This document shows, piece by piece, positions 60,559 to 64,000 of a stretch of 64,000 nt of DNA. This DNA comes from Candidatus Aegiribacteria sp. GTDB taxonomy: Bacteria; Fermentibacterota; Fermentibacteria; Fermentibacterales; JCC-6. Each line of letters opens with the position of its first letter. Positions within the stretch are counted from its first letter, which is position 1. The position numbers were made by a program, and so were the translations under genes. Location: positions 2,740-66,739 of the forward strand of contig JAUWSL010000001.1 of NCBI GenBank assembly GCA_030610085.1. The letters run 5' to 3'. The notes under the pieces are model-generated. The model was not told the origin of the DNA, did not search any database, and worked only from the letters and a program-made list of their open reading frames with translations.

Positions 60559-61251
60559 GTGGATATTGTAAGACTGACCGACGGGGCCGTTCCCCGGATG
60601 TACTTTGTGGATCTTGATGGAACACTTCTGTCAATATCTTCGGAGAAGTACTTTCTGAAACATCTTGTTAAAAAAGGGATACTGGCTCCGGCAGCTTTCC
60701 TCAGATTTCTTTCCTTTTATGTTCTCCACCCTGGAAAGACGATCCGTGAGGGAAAGGGATGGAACAGAAATTATCTTACAGGTATTCCTCCCGAAGTGAT
60801 AAAACGGGAAGCGAAAGACTGCTCGGACATCCTTCTGAAGAGTTCTATCCGCGACTGGACGCTGCAGTCTATACACGAACTGAAGAATGCGGGATGCGAA
60901 ACGGTCCTTCTTTCCGCCTCACTGAGATACATCGCGTCCGGCATAGCTGAGAAAATCCCCGTTGATTACGTTCAGGCAAGTGTCCCGGAGATATTGAACG
61001 GAAAATTCTCAGGGCAATTGAACGGCCTGCGTCCCTGGGGAATGAACAAGGTGGTACTGATGCGGAGAATCTGTGAGCAGAAAGGGGTGCTCCCGGAGAA
61101 TTGTGCATCCGCGGGAGATTCCTGGAGCGACAGGTTCATAATGAGAGAGAGCGGCCGTTCCGTTGCCGTTTGCCCTGACAGGAAATTGAGAAAACTGGCT
61201 TTAAGTAAAAGGTGGAGAATCGTGGAGGGCAGGCACACGAAGTGGGCATAA
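60559..61251 (+). CDS. HAD-superfamily hydrolase, subfamily IB-like
   Basis: Motif I is FVDLDGTLL. Motif IV is GDSWSDRFIM. Confidence 0.7.
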   Translation: MDIVRLTDGAVPRMYFVDLDGTLLSISSEKYFLKHLVKKGILAPAAFLRFLSFYVLHPGKTIREGKGWNRNYLTGIPPEVIKREAKDCSDILLKSSIRDWTLQSIHELKNAGCETVLLSASLRYIASGIAEKIPVDYVQASVPEILNGKFSGQLNGLRPWGMNKVVLMRRICEQKGVLPENCASAGDSWSDRFIMRESGRSVAVCPDRKLRKLALSKRWRIVEGRHTKWA

Positions 61252-62111
61252 GAGCACTCGGAGCGTTTTCAGGAGGACTGGACGGGATGCTGGCAGCTCT
61301 TCTGCTTGAATCTCAGGGTATCGACGTGGAACTTGCTACTTTCACCAGCCCTTTTTTCTCTTCCGAATCAGGCTGCCGCGGTGCTGAACAGCTTGATCTC
61401 CCCTGGAGGGAGATCGATTATACCGGTGAGATAATGGGTCTGCTGCACAAACCACTCAGTGGATTCGGCAAGAACCTCAATCCCTGCATAGACTGTCATG
61501 CAGGTATGTTCCGGATACTTGGTGGAATTGCCGAAGAAGAGGGTTACGATTTCATCTTCTCCGGGGAAGTAGCCGGACAGCGGCCAATGTCGCAGAACAA
61601 GAACTCCCTTAACCGGGTTGCCAGGTTATCAGGGTATCAGGATATGCTGCTCCGCCCACTTTCGGCGAAACTTCTCAGAATAACCGGTCCCGAACGGATG
61701 GGGCTGATTGACAGGGACTTGCTGCTGAGCTTTTCCGGAAGAAGCAGAAAACCTCAGATGCGGCTCGCGGAGGAATATGGGATCCGTTACATCAATCCAG
61801 GAGGAGGATGCCTGCTCACCGATCCAAATTACTGTGACAGACTGAAGATTCTAATGAGCATTCCTGGTCTTTTCACCTCAGGGAATGCCAGATTGATAAG
61901 ACACGGTCGGATGTTCAGGCTCTCAGACGATACCGTGGGCCTTGTAGGTCGTTCTGAAGGGGATAATGCAGGACTTGAATCCCTGGTGAATGATGAGATA
62001 ACCTTTGTTCTTGAAGACAGACCGGGTCCCACGGGGGTCCTCATCGGTGATCCCGAAATGCTTCCGGAGCTTGTCACTCTCGTAAAGCGCTACGCCGGGG
62101 ACGGACCTTGA
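61212..62111 (+). CDS. PP-loop superfamily ATP pyrophosphatase (LarE/ThiI-like sulfur-transfer enzyme family)
   Basis: A PP-loop-like FSGGLDGMLAA is present. A conserved Cys region NPCIDCH follows, over roughly 270-300 aa. Confidence 0.5.
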   Translation: MENRGGQAHEVGIRALGAFSGGLDGMLAALLLESQGIDVELATFTSPFFSSESGCRGAEQLDLPWREIDYTGEIMGLLHKPLSGFGKNLNPCIDCHAGMFRILGGIAEEEGYDFIFSGEVAGQRPMSQNKNSLNRVARLSGYQDMLLRPLSAKLLRITGPERMGLIDRDLLLSFSGRSRKPQMRLAEEYGIRYINPGGGCLLTDPNYCDRLKILMSIPGLFTSGNARLIRHGRMFRLSDDTVGLVGRSEGDNAGLESLVNDEITFVLEDRPGPTGVLIGDPEMLPELVTLVKRYAGDGP

Positions 62112-62188
62112 ATTTCTACAATAATACCAATTTAGTATTGTATAGTCATAATAATATTTATATCAAATTCTGTAAGCTCTTTCGTTAC

Positions 62189-62216
62189 TTGACATTCTGA
62201 AAAAAGTGAATATAAA
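62189..62216 (+). promoter_or_regulatory. sigma70-like promoter upstream of the ABC exporter gene
   Basis: The -35 TTGACA lies at 62189-62194, then a 16-nt spacer, then the -10 TATAAA at 62211-62216. This is about 150 nt upstream of the ATG at 62368. The 5' UTR contains hairpins (ctgcccgaaacgggcag at 62287-62303; ccgggataacccgg near 62335-62350). Confidence 0.45.
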
Positions 62217-62367
62217 ATCCCTTACTCAATCGAAGGGCACCATTATGACTAAGATCAAAAGGCTGTTTCAGTAATTCGAAACCTCCTGCCCGAAACGGGC
62301 AGATTCTAATCAGTTTCAAGAACAGATATTGATCCCGGGATAACCCGGTTTTTACAGGAATAATGAG

Positions 62368-64000
62368 ATGCACTTTCAATTTGAAGACACATACGAAGAT
62401 TCTTCGCTCCGGAAAACATCCACTTTTGGTGTTTTAAGGAAGATCTATCCCTTCTTAAAGCCGCACAAAAAGTCCTTTGCCGTTGCAGCTGTTCTGCTGT
62501 TCCTGGGCGTTGCGGGAGAGCTTGCAGGACCCCTTATCCTGCGGATGGTAATTGATACAGCGATTCCGAACAAATCAGTGCGGGACATTGTTTTCTACTC
62601 CCTTCTGTTCGCAGGAACGTTCTCATTTGCCATGGTGATGTCCTATCTGCAGGTGATGATCACAACAAAAGTAGGGCTTTCGGTGGTAAGGGACCTGAAG
62701 GAGAAGGTTTTCCGTCATATGCTCTCCCTTTCCCTTTCTTTCTTCGACAGGAATCCCACCGGGAAACTCATGGCGCGGGTTGAAAGCGATTCCGAACGGG
62801 TTCGGATGCTGTTCAGCGATGTTTCAATGGCACTGCTCAGAAACGTTGCCATGGTCTGCGGGACCCTTGGAATAATGCTGGCAGCGGATGCGGCTATAAC
62901 AAAATGGATAGTACTTCTTCTATTACCTGTGGTTCTGTTGACTGTGCCTGTTCTGAAAAGAATGAGGATACTCTACAGAAGGGTCAGGTCAGCCTACGCC
63001 CGGATATCCGGGTTCATAGCCGAATATGTAAGGTCTGTTCCGATTCTTCAGGTTTTCGGCGCAACAGGGATGGCATCGCGGAAGATTCATGACGAGGGGG
63101 AGAACTTTCTGCACCGGGAAGTTGAAGCCTATTTCTGGGAGTACGGGTTCTGGAGTTTCCTTGGCAGCTGCGAGATCCTTGCTGTTATCGTTATTCTTCT
63201 TTCCGGCAGGGCCGGAGTTATCTCCGGTACGGTAAGTGTAGGTACGGTAGTCATGTTCGTTGAGTATACCAGGCGCCTCTTTGGACCGGTTGTGATGTTT
63301 TCCGAGACACTTAATATGGTTCAGCGGGCAGCAGCTTCCGCGGAGAGGCTCTTTGATATTCTTGCCACGGAGACCCTTACTCCGGATGGGCATCTGGATG
63401 ATGGAGATTTCCCTGACGGATGGAAAGAGATCCGCTTTGAAAACGTATGGTTCAGATATCCCGAAGGGAAATGGGTTCTGAAGAATGTCAGCTTTACAGT
63501 CGCCAGGGGCAGTATGGTTGCTCTCGTGGGTTCCAGCGGAGGAGGAAAAAGCACAATTGTAAGCCTGCTTATGAGATTCTACGAGCCCACGGAAGGAAGC
63601 ATCACCATCGACGGGATCGATATCAGGGAGTTCCGTCTGAGTGTCTGGAGAAGCAGACTGGGATTGGTTCTGCAGAATGTAAATCTTTTTTCGGGAACCC
63701 TTTCCGAGAACCTTACGGTTTTCAGGGAAGGAATATCCGCTTCCAGCCAGAGAGAAGCACTGAAACACATAGAAGCTGAAGATATTCTGGAAGCCATTCC
63801 GGATGGACTGGATGGCAGCATCAGCGAAGGCGGCCTGAATATTTCTATGGGTCAGCGGCAGCTCATCAATTATGCCAGAGCTATCCTGAGCGAGCCTGAG
63901 ATACTTGTCCTTGACGAAGCCACTTCATCTGTCGACCCCGGCACGGAGAAACGGATACAGAGATCAACGGATCTTATAGTAATGAACAGGACCGCGCTGG
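62368..64000 (+). CDS. ABC transporter permease/ATP-binding fusion (MsbA-like exporter); the 3' end lies beyond the window
   Basis: An N-terminal 6-TM domain is followed by the Walker A GSSGGGKST, a Q-loop and the signature ISMGQRQ (LSGGQ-like). The ORF track missed it because there is no stop codon in the window. Confidence 0.85.
   Translation, partial: MHFQFEDTYEDSSLRKTSTFGVLRKIYPFLKPHKKSFAVAAVLLFLGVAGELAGPLILRMVIDTAIPNKSVRDIVFYSLLFAGTFSFAMVMSYLQVMITTKVGLSVVRDLKEKVFRHMLSLSLSFFDRNPTGKLMARVESDSERVRMLFSDVSMALLRNVAMVCGTLGIMLAADAAITKWIVLLLLPVVLLTVPVLKRMRILYRRVRSAYARISGFIAEYVRSVPILQVFGATGMASRKIHDEGENFLHREVEAYFWEYGFWSFLGSCEILAVIVILLSGRAGVISGTVSVGTVVMFVEYTRRLFGPVVMFSETLNMVQRAAASAERLFDILATETLTPDGHLDDGDFPDGWKEIRFENVWFRYPEGKWVLKNVSFTVARGSMVALVGSSGGGKSTIVSLLMRFYEPTEGSITIDGIDIREFRLSVWRSRLGLVLQNVNLFSGTLSENLTVFREGISASSQREALKHIEAEDILEAIPDGLDGSISEGGLNISMGQRQLINYARAILSEPEILVLDEATSSVDPGTEKRIQRSTDLIVMNRTAL

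Noticed and set aside
62185-62379. 64-aa minus-strand ORF in the HAD/PP-loop-to-ABC spacer
   Set aside because: It overlaps the predicted promoter and leader of the ABC exporter. It is short with no supporting signals, so it is more likely non-coding UTR.
62989-63779. 259-aa minus-strand and 110-aa plus-strand ORFs at the window end
   Set aside because: They overlap the MsbA-like ABC exporter, whose Walker A and signature motifs define the true frame on the plus strand.
1-64000. CRISPR arrays, tRNA or rRNA genes, IS elements or integrases
   Set aside because: I saw no regularly spaced direct repeats, no tRNA-like cloverleaf (GTTCGAATC-type T-loop) in the larger intergenic gaps (29457-29572, 54237-54455, 62112-62367), and no transposase or integrase-like ORFs. 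The window appears to be core chromosome plus an ancestral glycan locus.

Overview
This window looks like the chromosomal replication-origin region of a bacterium with about 48% GC. The lineage is unclear: the long GreA-like protein and the V/A-type ATPase recall spirochaetes, chlamydiae and candidate phyla, but I cannot place it from sequence alone. On the minus strand sits the classic block rpmH-rnpA-yidD-yidC-mnmE-mnmG (1-4278); rpmH is missed by the ORF track. Divergently on the plus strand are dnaA-dnaN-DUF721(DciA-like)-gyrB-gyrA (4601-12080), with no recF. DnaA-box-like motifs and AT-rich stretches flank dnaA. A third tight cluster of four DnaA boxes lies 13 kb away at 17570-17675, overlapping a putative promoter. 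Downstream of gyrA come a 1196-aa all-helical protein I cannot assign, a type I asparaginase, an M23-peptidase N-terminal-like fragment plus bactofilin, and a complete nine-gene V/A-type ATPase operon (H-I-K-E-C-F-A-B-D, 17774-26415). Then follow two signal-peptide proteins that share a C-terminal tail and flank a DJ-1/ElbB-like gene and a small outer-membrane-protein-like gene, and a PHP phosphoesterase. From about 30.4 kb to 57.5 kb runs a large glycan-biosynthesis island. It contains an SDR epimerase with a zinc-ribbon insertion, two paralogous B12-binding radical SAM enzymes, a polyprenyl-P-sugar synthase-like GT2 next to a GT-C membrane transferase, many GT2/GT4 genes including a divergent paralogous GT4 pair, a DegT aminotransferase, a priming polyprenyl-phosphate sugar transferase, a MurJ-family flippase, two sulfotransferases, and an O-antigen-ligase-like gene split by a 1-nt frameshift at a G6 tract. 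serS, dgkA and a PAP2 phosphatase are embedded in this island. The window ends with a GreA-domain protein carrying a large N-terminal extension, a Tat-signal protein, a HAD hydrolase, a PP-loop ATPase and a partial MsbA-like ABC exporter. All assignments rest on motif recognition by eye; no searches were run.
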